DNA of 63,523 nt, the filler included, from Nanobdellati archaeon (GTDB taxonomy: Archaea > Nanobdellota > Nanobdellia > Woesearchaeales > JAADFO01): assembly GCA_013152815.1 (NCBI GenBank). It is 5 parts of 5 records of this genome, joined end to end, with 100 filler letters (N's around TTAATTAATTAA, not from the genome) between each part and the next. Parts side by side here need not be neighbours in the genome. Positions count along the whole stretch, not along the records: positions 43,510 to 53,118 come from JAADFO010000007.1; positions 53,219 to 63,523 come from JAADFO010000008.1; 3 more parts are not named here. The stretch is one strand, 5' to 3'. Made by a program: the position numbers and the translations under genes. The notes beneath the pieces were generated by a model that was given only the letters and a program-made list of their open reading frames with translations, searched no databases and had not been told where the DNA came from. Shown here piece by piece: positions 44,675 to 54,988 of this stretch. Within the stretch, counting starts at the first letter, position 1; each line of letters opens with the position of its first letter.

Positions 44675-46134
44675 ACAGCCTCTCCGGTGACGCTCCTGAG
44701 CATGTGTTTCGTGACCCTGATGTTATGATAGCTCCCTAAAGGAAGCCTTCCTTTCACGCCGACGATCAGGGGATAGGTGCCCCACTGCCTGCCGAAGGTC
44801 GTCTTGCCGTCGTATATCTCCATGCGGACATCCTTCATGACAGAACCCAGGGGCAGGAGCCTGTCAAGCATGGGCAGGTCGATCTTCTGCCGTATCTCAT
44901 TGCGCCATTTCCAATAATGCTTCCTGTTCTTCTTGACAAACTTCGTGCCGCCATGCTCATGGAGATAGGTTCCTTCAAATGATGCCACCTGTCGGATGTT
45001 GATCCGCCGGAGCAATAGACCTTCATCCAGGATCTGCTGCAGATACTTCATGTTCTCTGCATGGGTCTCTTTGCGTTCTCCCAACAGTCCGAAGATGATG
45101 TTGATGCCCGGCAACAGCCTGGGCATGCCGTTCTCCCCTCTCTCGGCTCCTATGCTGTTGATGATCCGTATGGCTTTGAGCGCTCTCTCCGGCGTGGTGT
45201 TGAGCCGGTTCTTCCTGATGACTTCACTGTCGAACGATTCGACACCGAAGGCAGCGATATTTCCCGGAGTACAATGCCTGACGATAATCTTGGTGAGTTC
45301 CTCAGTCACGTTGTTAGGGTTAGCATTATCTATATGCAGGGTCTTGGGCTTCAGCTTCGCGATGCTTCCCAGCAGCCTGTCCATCCTCTTCGGATCCTTC
45401 CTGCCGTACGCGTAGAAGCACGTCGCTTTTCCAAAACGGAAATGCTCTGCACCGTTCTTCATCAATGCCTTCACTTCGCTGATGATGGGTTCAGGTTTCC
45501 TGTCCTCGATCTGATACTTCAGCGGTTCAAGACAGAAAGAGCATCTCATGGGACACCCACGTCCTGCCTCCAGCTCCACCATGACATCGTAGGGGATCTC
45601 TTTGAGGAGTTCTGCGCCCAGCACGGCATGCTCATCGACCTTGTCATAGTCGTCTATGCCCAGGTAGTTCCTCTCGACGGCATCGAACGTATCCGGGGGT
45701 GTGCCTTCCCCGCTCTTGCCGCCTTCCAGCCTGTTCGCAAACGCCGCAGGTCCGACCAGCACTTTCTTCTGAGGAAGGTCCCTTGTCAGCCTTCTTATCT
45801 CATGGAACGTGGCAGGGACGGCAGACAGGTATTTTCCCGGCACATGGATGCCTCCGCTGACCAGAAGGGTGTCTGCTTCTTCGAGGATACGTCTGGTCTC
45901 CTGGGCAGGCCTGGTCAGGTTGTACCGCCTGATGTCTGTCTTCATGTCCTTCTCCTGATCAGGCGGTCTCTTGCCCCCCAGCACAAGACGGAGATCATCG
46001 ATGGTGAGATATCTCGGAAAGAACCCTTCTTTCTTCAGGGCCCCATAGAGATACCTCGGATAGGTCCCCAGATAAGGTGGAACCCCTAAGCCTGATGCCT
46101 CGTCGCTGTAGGCGTCGATGATGACCGGTCTCAT
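44671..46134 (-). CDS. Archaeal radical SAM protein with C-terminal TRAM-like domain
   Basis: DAYSDEASGLGVPPY, RGCPMRCSFCLEP, HIDNANP, GINIIFGL, RRINIRQV. Confidence 0.9.
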   Translation of the reverse strand: MRPVIIDAYSDEASGLGVPPYLGTYPRYLYGALKKEGFFPRYLTIDDLRLVLGGKRPPDQEKDMKTDIRRYNLTRPAQETRRILEEADTLLVSGGIHVPGKYLSAVPATFHEIRRLTRDLPQKKVLVGPAAFANRLEGGKSGEGTPPDTFDAVERNYLGIDDYDKVDEHAVLGAELLKEIPYDVMVELEAGRGCPMRCSFCLEPLKYQIEDRKPEPIISEVKALMKNGAEHFRFGKATCFYAYGRKDPKRMDRLLGSIAKLKPKTLHIDNANPNNVTEELTKIIVRHCTPGNIAAFGVESFDSEVIRKNRLNTTPERALKAIRIINSIGAERGENGMPRLLPGINIIFGLLGERKETHAENMKYLQQILDEGLLLRRINIRQVASFEGTYLHEHGGTKFVKKNRKHYWKWRNEIRQKIDLPMLDRLLPLGSVMKDVRMEIYDGKTTFGRQWGTYPLIVGVKGRLPLGSYHNIRVTKHMLRSVTGEAV

Positions 46135-46211
46135 GTCTCTGCAGAGGGGACGACGCTATAAAAGCCTTGCGGAGCAAAACCTTTATTAATGGTCTTGGTG
46201 TCGATGGCTGC

Positions 46212-46838
46212 ATGGGCATCCTCCTGCTCCTCATCCTTTTCCTCCTGGTCTTGACCATGGGGATGTGGCTGTTCTATAGGTATGTATTCCTCAGGAACCC
46301 TGTCAGGACAATCCCCCCTGGTGACAGCATAGTCTCACCTGCGGACGGCATCATCTCATCGGTCATCAGGACCGGTGCGAAGGATCTTTCCATACCGAAA
46401 GGCCACCTCGGAAGGATCAGGACCTATGCCCGGGATGTTGCTGCCGAGACCATCCTGGTGCTCATCGTCATGAACCTCTGGCATGTTCATTACCAACGGG
46501 CACCTATCCATGGAAAGATCATCAAGCAGCGACACCGCAGAGGAAAGTTCCGCAACGCGGTCATGGGCAACAGGCTCCGATGCCTGTTCGAGAACGAGAA
46601 GAACGAATTCCTCATCACCAACAGGGCATTCAAGGTGAAGGTCATCCAGATTGCGGGCATCCTGGCGAGAAGGATAGTGCCCATGGCAAAGGTAAACGAA
46701 AAGGTCATGAAAGGTCAGGTGATAGGCCTGATCCGGCTCGGAAGCCAGGTCGCTCTCATCATGCCTTCCACCGTCAGGCTCAGGGTGGAAGAAGGCCAGC
46801 CTGTCAAGGCAGGAGAGACCATCATCGGGGTCTATTGA
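46212..46838 (+). CDS. psd: Phosphatidylserine (archaetidylserine) decarboxylase
   Basis: FLRNP.R, SPADG, HYQRAP, NEKN, QIAG, IRLGSQV. Confidence 0.9.
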   Translation: MGILLLLILFLLVLTMGMWLFYRYVFLRNPVRTIPPGDSIVSPADGIISSVIRTGAKDLSIPKGHLGRIRTYARDVAAETILVLIVMNLWHVHYQRAPIHGKIIKQRHRRGKFRNAVMGNRLRCLFENEKNEFLITNRAFKVKVIQIAGILARRIVPMAKVNEKVMKGQVIGLIRLGSQVALIMPSTVRLRVEEGQPVKAGETIIGVY

Positions 46839-46846
46839 GGAGGGTG

Positions 46847-47803
46847 ATGATGGACAGACTGCGAACAGCATTGGACAGTTGCCTTCGGGTGAACCTGGGC
46901 GTGAAGAGGACCGAGACCGTCCTTGTGGTGACCGACACAGCAAAGGCATCCATCGGTCAGGGATTCCATGCGGCTGCGACGAAGCTCGCGAAGGAAGCCC
47001 TCCTTCTCATCATGGATCCGCGGGCGGTCAACGGCGAGGAGCCTCCTGCTCTTGTGGCGGAAGCGATGAGGGCATGCGATGTCCTCCTGATGCCCACCCT
47101 CCGGTCGCTTTCCCATACCAGGGCGAGGAAGGCAGCATCTTTAGCAGGTGTCCGCATCGCGTCCATGCCGGGCATCACTGAGGAGATGATAAAGCGGACC
47201 TTCCGGGCAGATGCGAAGGTCATCAGGAAACGGTGCAGGAAGCTCTGCGACCTTCTTGATAAAGGAAACAAGGTCAGGGTGGTGGCACCCTCTGGTACCG
47301 ACATCACCTTCCGCATCGAGGGCCGCAAGGGCCTCGGCCGCGCAGGCGGCATCTATACTGCTCCCGGAGCATGGGGCAACCTTCCTGCAGGCGAGAGTTA
47401 CATCCCTCCTCTGGAAGGCAAGACGAACGGGACCTATGTCATCGATACGGCATCTCCTCTTGGCGGCATGCTCGACAGGCCGATACAGGTCGAGGTCAGG
47501 GATGGCATGGCAGTCAGGATATCCGGCGGAAGACAGGCAAAAGCATTCGACGCAGCTCTCCGGAAGGTCGGCGGGCTCGCCTACAACATCGCCGAGCTTG
47601 GCATAGGCACCAACCCCGCAGCGAAGATAACCGGCAACATCCTTGAGGACGAGAAGGTCTATGGGACAGCCCACATCGCTCTGGGCAATTCAAGATCCTT
47701 CGGCGGCAGGGTGGACGTCCCGATCCACCTGGACGGCGTCTTCAGGAGACCGACCATCTGGATCGACGACAGGAAGATCATGGAGAAGGGGACGCTTCTC
47801 TGA
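46847..47803 (+). CDS. M29-family (AmpS-like) aminopeptidase
   Basis: NLPAGE, IAELGIGTN, EDEK..GTAHIALG, HLD. Confidence 0.9.
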   Translation: MMDRLRTALDSCLRVNLGVKRTETVLVVTDTAKASIGQGFHAAATKLAKEALLLIMDPRAVNGEEPPALVAEAMRACDVLLMPTLRSLSHTRARKAASLAGVRIASMPGITEEMIKRTFRADAKVIRKRCRKLCDLLDKGNKVRVVAPSGTDITFRIEGRKGLGRAGGIYTAPGAWGNLPAGESYIPPLEGKTNGTYVIDTASPLGGMLDRPIQVEVRDGMAVRISGGRQAKAFDAALRKVGGLAYNIAELGIGTNPAAKITGNILEDEKVYGTAHIALGNSRSFGGRVDVPIHLDGVFRRPTIWIDDRKIMEKGTLL

Positions 47804-47815
47804 GAGGTGAGAACG

Positions 47816-48442
47816 ATGATAGAACATGTGACCTACTACGGACATGATGCATTCAGGCTGAAAGGGACCAAAATCATCTATATCGACCCGTTCCATCTTC
47901 CGGAAGGTGTAGAACCGGCAGATCTCATCCTCATCACCCATGACCACTTCGACCATTTCTCGGTCAAGGACGTGATGATGATCAGCAACGAGGGGACCAC
48001 CCTGGTCTGCACCCCTGACGGGCAGAGCAAGCTCTCTGACTTCCCCGGCGACGTGGTCCTCGTGGAGCCGAACAGACGCTACGAGGTGGACGGCATCCCC
48101 GTCGAGACCGTGCCTGCCTACAACGCCGATGAACGCTTCCATCCCAAGGACAACGACTGGGTGGGATATATCATCTCTCTGGACGGCAGACGCTATTATC
48201 ATGCCGGTGACACCGACCACATCCCTGAGATGGAGACCATCGAGGACATCGACGTGGCCTTCCTCCCGGTCTCCGGCACCTCTGTCATGGACGTTCAGCA
48301 GGCAGTCAAGGCTGCCGAGGAGATCAAGCCGAAGATAGCCGTGCCGATGCATTACGGCGACATCGTCGGCAACAGGGACCAGGCAGAACAGTTCAAGGAA
48401 AGATATTCCGGCAGGACAGAGATCCTGGAGCCGTCACGATGA
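47816..48442 (+). CDS. Metallo-beta-lactamase-fold hydrolase
   Basis: THDHFDH, YHAGDT, PMHYG. Confidence 0.92.
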   Translation: MIEHVTYYGHDAFRLKGTKIIYIDPFHLPEGVEPADLILITHDHFDHFSVKDVMMISNEGTTLVCTPDGQSKLSDFPGDVVLVEPNRRYEVDGIPVETVPAYNADERFHPKDNDWVGYIISLDGRRYYHAGDTDHIPEMETIEDIDVAFLPVSGTSVMDVQQAVKAAEEIKPKIAVPMHYGDIVGNRDQAEQFKERYSGRTEILEPSR

Positions 48443-48858
48443 GATCCAAGAAGACCGCCTACGGCCATCTCCTCTCGCTCGACGAAGGGGAAGAGCTGGT
48501 CAAGAGCTTCCAGGCGTTCTGCAGGGAGCAGGCCATAGGGTCTGCCACCTTCACCGGTCTCGGCGGGTTCAGGGCATGCACGCTCGCGTTCTATGACATC
48601 GCTTCAGGAACCTATATGCAGAAGGGGTTCGACAGCCAGTCCGAGGTCCTGAACATCACCGGCAACGTGGCGCTCTTCGAGGGAACTCCCATCATCCATG
48701 TCCATGCGGTCCTCGGCCGGCAGGATTTCTCTGTCATCGGCGGCCATCTGGTCGAAGGGACCGTCCGCCCGATGTTCGAGATCCATCTGTTCACCGACGA
48801 CGGGAAGACACTGAGAGAAGCGGTCGAAGGGACCTCACTCAAGAGACTCTCGTTCTGA
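48439..48858 (+). CDS. PPC/DUF296 domain protein
   Basis: GEEL, GLG, HVHAVL, GGHL. Confidence 0.9.
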   Translation: MRSKKTAYGHLLSLDEGEELVKSFQAFCREQAIGSATFTGLGGFRACTLAFYDIASGTYMQKGFDSQSEVLNITGNVALFEGTPIIHVHAVLGRQDFSVIGGHLVEGTVRPMFEIHLFTDDGKTLREAVEGTSLKRLSF

Positions 48859-48913
48859 TGCTCCTGTCTTTCGGGTGTTCCCTCACCGTATCGTCCTGGA
48901 CTGCTGGGCTGCA

Positions 48914-50287
48914 TCAGGAAACGCTTTCTGTCTGGGAGAGATGATGGGCGATGGTGTTGGCCTGATAGACCATGAGCGGCATGTTCTTGATGACGAGCTG
49001 TTCCCCCTTGACCTTCAGTGCGCCATAGGATGTATAGAACGATAGTGCCTTCTGGAACTCCTGATCCGCCGGTTGCTCATAGGCTCTCCTGGCGACATTT
49101 TTGTCTCCTGCTCTTTCATGATAGTCGACAAAGGCCTCCCAGACATCCCTCAGCCCCGGTCTCTTCTCATCCCTTCCTCTCCTGTGCTTTCCTGTCTTCG
49201 CTGAAGCGGACACGACAGCGGTCGCCAAAAGCTTCTCCGGCAGTATCCGGTATCCCTTCTTGATGGTCGACTGGACAAGGTCTGTGAGCTCCTTGATACT
49301 CTTGTCAAACCCTTCTTTGCTGGTGGAGCGGTACTCTTTGAGGTCAACTTCCTCATGGATGTCGATGAAGATATCTGATTGGGGATAGTGGAATATGCTG
49401 CCCAGCTCTTTCCGGATGAACATGTTGACCAGGATGGTGCCGTAGTCTGCGATCTGATAAGCAGTGGTGTTCAGTCTCTTCAGCGCAGGGAGATGATGGA
49501 GGACAGGCTGTTCAGGGACGGTCACCTGGGTCAGAGAGACCGGATAGACCAGGATGTCCCATCTCTCATGCCGTCCCTGTATCCTCAGGAGCTTCTCCAG
49601 ATTCCGTCTTATCTTTATGAGCTGGTGATCCCTTCCCCATGAAGGAGGGTATTTCTCATCTATCTTGCCGAAATAGGACCTTCCGTTGGACGCAAATAGC
49701 GTAGGCTGGCCCCAGTGCGGCGATTCTTTGTCCTGTGCGGACCTGTTGGCTTCTTCGAGGATCTTCTGTTCGAGAAGGTCTTCTATCTCTTCCTGTGCTG
49801 CCTTTACGAGTGTATAGGGCATCTTTTCGAAGAACGAGATGGCAAATGCACCGAGTTCTCTCAGCTGGTCGCCCTTTCCCATGAACATGTTGGTGCGCGC
49901 ACCTATGCTCAGATCGCCTATGCCGCAGGCATACAATGCCAGATAGAGCGAGACATCGTCCAGGTGGCTGTTGTGAGGGCCGGCCATCAGCACGATCTTC
50001 TTGCCTTCCTTTCCCTGATAAGGCATGATCCTCTCTGCGCCGGTGACGATGTTCGAGAAATCTCCCTGGGGAATGTTGAAATAGGCCCGGAGCCAGGGTT
50101 CTGCGAACCTGCGTACCTTCTGCAGCTTCTCATAGGAGAAGTCGGGCTCCATGTGAAGACGGATGTCCTTCTTGAACTGGGTGATCATCTGCTGCTCTTC
50201 TGGTCGATTATCCTGCTGCCGGCCGGTCTGTCTTAGCTGTTCCAGCCTTTTCCTGTAATCTCCTATGATCTTTCCCAGGTCTCCCAT
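48914..50287 (-). CDS. Glycerol-3-phosphate/lysophospholipid acyltransferase-like protein
   Basis: HNSHLD (HX4D), NMF..LRELGAF, GRS..GK, YQANTIAH. Confidence 0.72.
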   Translation of the reverse strand: MGDLGKIIGDYRKRLEQLRQTGRQQDNRPEEQQMITQFKKDIRLHMEPDFSYEKLQKVRRFAEPWLRAYFNIPQGDFSNIVTGAERIMPYQGKEGKKIVLMAGPHNSHLDDVSLYLALYACGIGDLSIGARTNMFMGKGDQLRELGAFAISFFEKMPYTLVKAAQEEIEDLLEQKILEEANRSAQDKESPHWGQPTLFASNGRSYFGKIDEKYPPSWGRDHQLIKIRRNLEKLLRIQGRHERWDILVYPVSLTQVTVPEQPVLHHLPALKRLNTTAYQIADYGTILVNMFIRKELGSIFHYPQSDIFIDIHEEVDLKEYRSTSKEGFDKSIKELTDLVQSTIKKGYRILPEKLLATAVVSASAKTGKHRRGRDEKRPGLRDVWEAFVDYHERAGDKNVARRAYEQPADQEFQKALSFYTSYGALKVKGEQLVIKNMPLMVYQANTIAHHLSQTESVS

Positions 50288-50459
50288 GTTTTTCCGGGAG
50301 AAGCGGTGCTTTATAAAAGTTTATCTGTAGCCACTTCTTGATGATAAAAATAGAAACGTTTATAAATGTCCATCGCTTTCCTCACTAAATAGTGACTAAA
50401 TTACACCTTAGACATGCAGGGTCATGGCTGCAGGTGCAAAGGTCATAGGAGGTTCCACA

Positions 50460-51479
50460 ATGAAATATGAGAATGCAGCAATAACGTTCATCATCGTCAT
50501 GTTGGCTGACCTGTTCCTCTATTGGTTTGCACGGGAATCGGCCAACAATTTCTTCAACACCTTCGGAAAGCTCCTGTTCATGGCCGTCGTGGTCCTGGCC
50601 CTCCTCAGGTTCCTCATGACCTCGATCCAGTTCCAGAAGCAGACCTCGTCCCTCTTCTATTTCGGTCTGCTGGTGATCACGCTCCTGCTCATGCTTGCCC
50701 AGCTCATCGCCTCTGCGGCAGTCGTCCCGGTGATAGATTACTTCTTCATCTTCGCCGTCATGATAGCGGTCTTCCTGGCCATCATAGAGCTCGGCAGGCA
50801 CTTCTACGACCTGCATCTCATCATACGAAAAGAGCAGGATGCCCGCATGAGGGCTGAGAAGGCGTTCAACCGTCAGATCAGCGCAGAAGAGCGGGCCCGC
50901 AAAAGGCTTCTCGGTGAACAAGCGAACCTGCTTGCCCAGAACAAAAAGTACCGTTCCTATCTCCAGCGGAGACAGGAGAACATCACAGAACTATCCCGGG
51001 AGGCAGCCACGGCGAAGACCGAACTGCGAAAGGCCCAGAGGAACATCAAAGAGATGGGCAGGCAGGAAGAGCTCAAGAAGAAATATGCAAAATCCCTCTA
51101 CAACCTGCGCAGGAAGATACATGAAGAGGAAGAGCTCCTGGTGGTCTCGCCTGACGGAAAATCAGTCCATGATCCCGGCTGCATCGTCGTCCGGAACATC
51201 AAGAAGGAGAACCGTAAGCTCATCAAGAACTGGGCCACTGCCAAGAAGGAAGGCTACAAGGGATGCGGGATGTGCAATCCCCACAAGAAGGACAAGGCCC
51301 TCATCAGGAACGGCAGGAAATACCGGTTCGTGGGCTCGAAGGTATCGGACAAGCTCCATAAGGTTTCCTGTAATGTTGTCGAGCGCATCCCTCCCAAGGA
51401 CCGTGAGCTCTTCACCTCCTACAAGAAAGGCCTCGCGAAAGGGTACACTGCCTGCAGGGTCTGCAATCCTGGCCAGTGA
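50460..51479 (+). CDS. 4-TM plus coiled-coil protein with two Ada-like Zn-binding domains
   Basis: Two copies of H..(P/S)C...GY..C..CNP. Confidence 0.8.
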   Translation: MKYENAAITFIIVMLADLFLYWFARESANNFFNTFGKLLFMAVVVLALLRFLMTSIQFQKQTSSLFYFGLLVITLLLMLAQLIASAAVVPVIDYFFIFAVMIAVFLAIIELGRHFYDLHLIIRKEQDARMRAEKAFNRQISAEERARKRLLGEQANLLAQNKKYRSYLQRRQENITELSREAATAKTELRKAQRNIKEMGRQEELKKKYAKSLYNLRRKIHEEEELLVVSPDGKSVHDPGCIVVRNIKKENRKLIKNWATAKKEGYKGCGMCNPHKKDKALIRNGRKYRFVGSKVSDKLHKVSCNVVERIPPKDRELFTSYKKGLAKGYTACRVCNPGQ

Positions 51480-51650
51480 TTTCTTCTTTTTTTCTTTATG
51501 TTTTCAACTTCCTTTATAAACCTCTAAGTTCATATATAAATAAATATGTGATTCGTTCTCAACAAAATATATAAATGCGTATGTTAGTATACCTTTCTAT
51601 AATACTCAATATGTGCTTGATATGATGCTTGAGTAAAAAGGAGGCTGAAA

Positions 51651-52979
51651 ATGCACGCAAAACACAGCATGTACATCCTGATAGCTTTCGTATTTGTTGT
51701 TGGAGCGATAGGCTCTTACAACTTCGTTACCATGACTTCTGAAGAAAATGTTGCGGGGCAGGCGCAACGATCTGCTTCCACCAACGGTATTCCTCAAGGG
51801 GTAGAATGTGACTTCACTGCAGGCACGGTGCCGTTCAACCAGGGGCTCCTGGACTACAAGATCTACTCAGATGCGAGCAATCCTGACACGGACAACAAGG
51901 TCACCATGAGCAGACGATTCTCCATGGTGGACAAGGGCCTTGCATCACAGTATCTCCTACTCAACGATTTTGGAGATAAAAAACTGAATCAGGTCGTTTT
52001 TTCCATGTTCGAATATTACGCCTGTATGCTGCCTGACTGGTTATATGAAAAGCTCGAGGGGCTGTATCTTGCTAAATATTTAGACATTACGACCGATGAC
52101 GGCGGAGTTACCAGAGCGAGCGTCATGGTCCTTAAGACCAGAGAGGATGCAATCTATGTTGCTCAGCTCTTGCTAGCTCTCTCAACCGATGATTTAGAAT
52201 TCAAATGGGTCGATGGTAACTATGTTGCGTATACTGCACAAAAAGCCTATTGGTGGACACATGACAATATGATCATCAGGATAGCTCATCATGATGTTCG
52301 CGGTCCTGATACCACCGATGCACAGCGTCAACAACAGCTGGAAGACTTTGCGATCTGTGAAACACTCGATGTGGTGGGTGAAATGATCCCGGCTAAGTGT
52401 ATCAAAGATCAGTTCTGGGAAGAAGTTCCCACCGATATCCTCAACGCATACTTAGCAAAGCTTCCCAGCGATGGAGATGAGGTACCGTGGCCTGAACAAG
52501 GACAACTGGGAGAAGTCGCCTCAGAGATTGAGTGGCCAAGCGAGAATGAGGTGGAAGAACATCAATGGGGTTGCGATCCAGAGAGAAGTGCAGAGATCAA
52601 CAAAGCGTTTGCTTCAATGAACGATGCATTCAGCGGAGACAAGGATGCCCAAAGGGCAAAGACTTTGTCTCGGCTAGACGATAAGGTGAAGATCTCTGCA
52701 GCATCCACAGACAAGCGCTGGTATTATCTCGGAGAACCTGTCACGTTCTCCGCGAGCACGGTCTCTCTTGATGAGGATGTTGGCACGGTCTGGGTTGATG
52801 TAAATGATAATATCTTCCCTCACCCTGAGATTACCACCCTACGCATGGAAAAATTGCGTTGTGGACCTCGTGAAACCTATCAGGAGAAACTCACCGGCAT
52901 GAAACAACCAGAAAAACCGCAGGCACCTGAGGTGCCAGATACCTCTGGCTTGCCCCAAAGAGGAGGACGACATAGATAG
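51651..52979 (+). CDS. Secreted/anchored hypothetical protein
   Basis: N-terminal TM followed by NVAGQA; GGAGG RBS. Confidence 0.75.
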   Translation: MHAKHSMYILIAFVFVVGAIGSYNFVTMTSEENVAGQAQRSASTNGIPQGVECDFTAGTVPFNQGLLDYKIYSDASNPDTDNKVTMSRRFSMVDKGLASQYLLLNDFGDKKLNQVVFSMFEYYACMLPDWLYEKLEGLYLAKYLDITTDDGGVTRASVMVLKTREDAIYVAQLLLALSTDDLEFKWVDGNYVAYTAQKAYWWTHDNMIIRIAHHDVRGPDTTDAQRQQQLEDFAICETLDVVGEMIPAKCIKDQFWEEVPTDILNAYLAKLPSDGDEVPWPEQGQLGEVASEIEWPSENEVEEHQWGCDPERSAEINKAFASMNDAFSGDKDAQRAKTLSRLDDKVKISAASTDKRWYYLGEPVTFSASTVSLDEDVGTVWVDVNDNIFPHPEITTLRMEKLRCGPRETYQEKLTGMKQPEKPQAPEVPDTSGLPQRGGRHR

Positions 52980-53118
52980 CTGCTCTCTGAAAAAGCAGGC
53001 ATTCTTGCCTGCACTTTATCTTTTTTTATCTTTTTTCTTAATTCCCTGAGGCATTTATATCCTCTGCAAGGGATGCAAACTTCCTGAAGCCTGCAAAGAA
53101 ATGAATGCCCTGTCCGGG

Positions 53119-53218
53119 NNNNNNNNNNNNNNNNNNNNNNNNNNNNNNNNNNNNNNNNNNNNTTAATTAATTAANNNNNNNNNNNNNNNNNNNNNNNNNN
53201 NNNNNNNNNNNNNNNNNN
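53119..53218. other. Artificial contig-joining spacer
   Basis: N-run TTAATTAATTAA N-run. Confidence 0.95.
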
Positions 53219-53367
53219 TGTCATGCAGATACTGCGTGACCTTGTAGATGCCCTCGTCGGGGATGTCTGGCTCCATATAAAAAGTGAAGCTGCACTGGCT
53301 TTTAAGCTTTTTTGAGTAGAAATCTTTATATACTTTCAATCCTGGAAACGATACCAGAGGTGATATC

Positions 53368-53940
53368 ATGTCTTCAAAGTCAAACCTTGAGCTTTCTTGG
53401 GTGGGAATCTTTGCCATCTTCGCCATCTTCGGGATTGTCTATGTGGTCGCATCCAGTGCCGTATCTTCTCCGTCAGCGAATCTTGCAGGAGAGGCAGGCC
53501 GTCAGCGATCTGGCGAAGCCTGTGAGCAATACACCTACAGCACCTGCCCTGATGGCTGTACCAAGACCTGCACTTCCTCCAATTGCCCTCCAGGAGTGTA
53601 CTGCACAGAGGATTGTGACGGTCCTGGAAGCTGCCTGACCCCCGGCAGGACTGTTCCGCCAAGAAGAGAGCCTGTCTGCGGAAACCATATCTGTGAATAT
53701 GGAGAGGCCATCGAGTGTCCTGTCTGCAACCCCGGCGATCCCTGCGACTGTCGGGAAGGGAGCTGTCCTCAGGACTGTCAGCAACCTAAACGGCTGAGAG
53801 AGCCTGTCTGCGGCAACAACATCTGCGAGCAGGGAGAAGCTTCTGACTGCCCGGTCTGCATTCCAGGAGAGCCCTGTTCAGAAAGACCCTGCAAGCCGGG
53901 GAGTTGTGAGCAGGATTGCCAGCCGCGAAGGATGAGGTGA
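53368..53940 (+). CDS. Secreted cysteine-rich repeat protein
   Basis: N-terminal TM, NLAGEA, two REPVCGN.ICE.GE...C..DC repeats. Confidence 0.8.
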   Translation: MSSKSNLELSWVGIFAIFAIFGIVYVVASSAVSSPSANLAGEAGRQRSGEACEQYTYSTCPDGCTKTCTSSNCPPGVYCTEDCDGPGSCLTPGRTVPPRREPVCGNHICEYGEAIECPVCNPGDPCDCREGSCPQDCQQPKRLREPVCGNNICEQGEASDCPVCIPGEPCSERPCKPGSCEQDCQPRRMR

Positions 53941-53998
53941 TGATAGATGCAGGCACCGGACCTGGCGAGGGTCCGGCACCTGCGCACTTCCTTGAACG

Positions 53999-54988
53999 TC
54001 AGTGTTGGTAAGCCTCTGGTGTCGTATATCGTCGCATCTTCTGATAGATTGAATCATAGGTCCTTCCTATTTTCTTGCCCATGCTCTTTCCTGCGCCATA
54101 GAGTGCTTTCCATATGTTCTCTGCTTGCACCTTCTTCCCTGAGATAAGGATCCTGTAAAGGACATCGTTGATGTTGCCGATGACAAGCCTAGCTGCAGGA
54201 TTCTTCATCCAGTTGAGCGTATACATCCAGACGGGTGAGAAATTGAGGAATGCCGTCTTCAGACCAGGTCTCAGGTTGGGCATGCCTTCCTTGCGATGCG
54301 CTTCTCGGAAATAGCTGAAGATCTTTCCGTTGTAAAGACTCTTTATGCTCTTTCCCAGTCCTATCTTGTCCCTGAAATAGAGAAGATTGCGGTTGAGATA
54401 AATATAGGTAGCAGCTAAGGGACCTGAAAAGAATGCGACCCGGCCGAGCTTGCCAAGGAGTGAAGCGTTTGGTATCAGGTCGATGGCAGAATAGATGCCC
54501 AATCCCAGAGGCGAGAGCAATGCTCCTGTGGAAAGCTCTTTGAAGAAGTCTTTCAGCCTGAACTTCTCTTTTTCCCTGAATTTCTCGATGAGATAGCCCA
54601 GCCCGAAGGCGCCTGCCATGTAGACTGCCGATAGAGGTGCGCCGAAGATGCCTGCTGACATGGCGATACCTGTCCCCACCCCTATGCTGTTTGCGAGGAA
54701 GCTCTTGAAAAGGCCATTCTTCTCTTTTTTCCGGTCATCACCAAACTGCATCTCTGATGTTTCAGTGACTTTGTCGTCGATGGATTCTGAAGGGGATCTT
54801 TTGGCAAGGGCATCATCGATCGTCCCTTGGTTCGGTTGCTCCTGTACACGCTGCTGTCGTGCTTCCGCTGTAGCCTTTCGTCGCTCTTCGAGATCCTTCT
54901 CTCGTTTCTCGATGCTGGCAGAACGTCCGTCAAGCTCCTTCTGCTGATTCTGGAGCCTCTTCTCGAGATCATCGGGGCTTTCAGCCAA
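53999..54988 (-). CDS. Membrane protein, third member of the 9336/10180 paralog family
   Basis: TIDD motif, N..G, K.KF..K, SL(Y/F)NG, C-terminal LN...YR.L. Confidence 0.72.
   Translation of the reverse strand: MAESPDDLEKRLQNQQKELDGRSASIEKREKDLEERRKATAEARQQRVQEQPNQGTIDDALAKRSPSESIDDKVTETSEMQFGDDRKKEKNGLFKSFLANSIGVGTGIAMSAGIFGAPLSAVYMAGAFGLGYLIEKFREKEKFRLKDFFKELSTGALLSPLGLGIYSAIDLIPNASLLGKLGRVAFFSGPLAATYIYLNRNLLYFRDKIGLGKSIKSLYNGKIFSYFREAHRKEGMPNLRPGLKTAFLNFSPVWMYTLNWMKNPAARLVIGNINDVLYRILISGKKVQAENIWKALYGAGKSMGKKIGRTYDSIYQKMRRYTTPEAYQH

Larger units (their letters stand above)
43747..44710. mobile_element. Small integrated module flanked by 41-bp direct repeats
   Basis: TCTAGACA(A/G)CCTCTCCGGTGACGCTCCTGAGCATGTGTTTC at 43747-43787 and 44670-44710. 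Confidence 0.75.

Noticed and set aside
51480..51640. AT-rich intergenic tract as a replication origin
   Set aside because: Explained by a T-rich terminator plus TATA promoter; no ORB-like repeats or cdc6 nearby.
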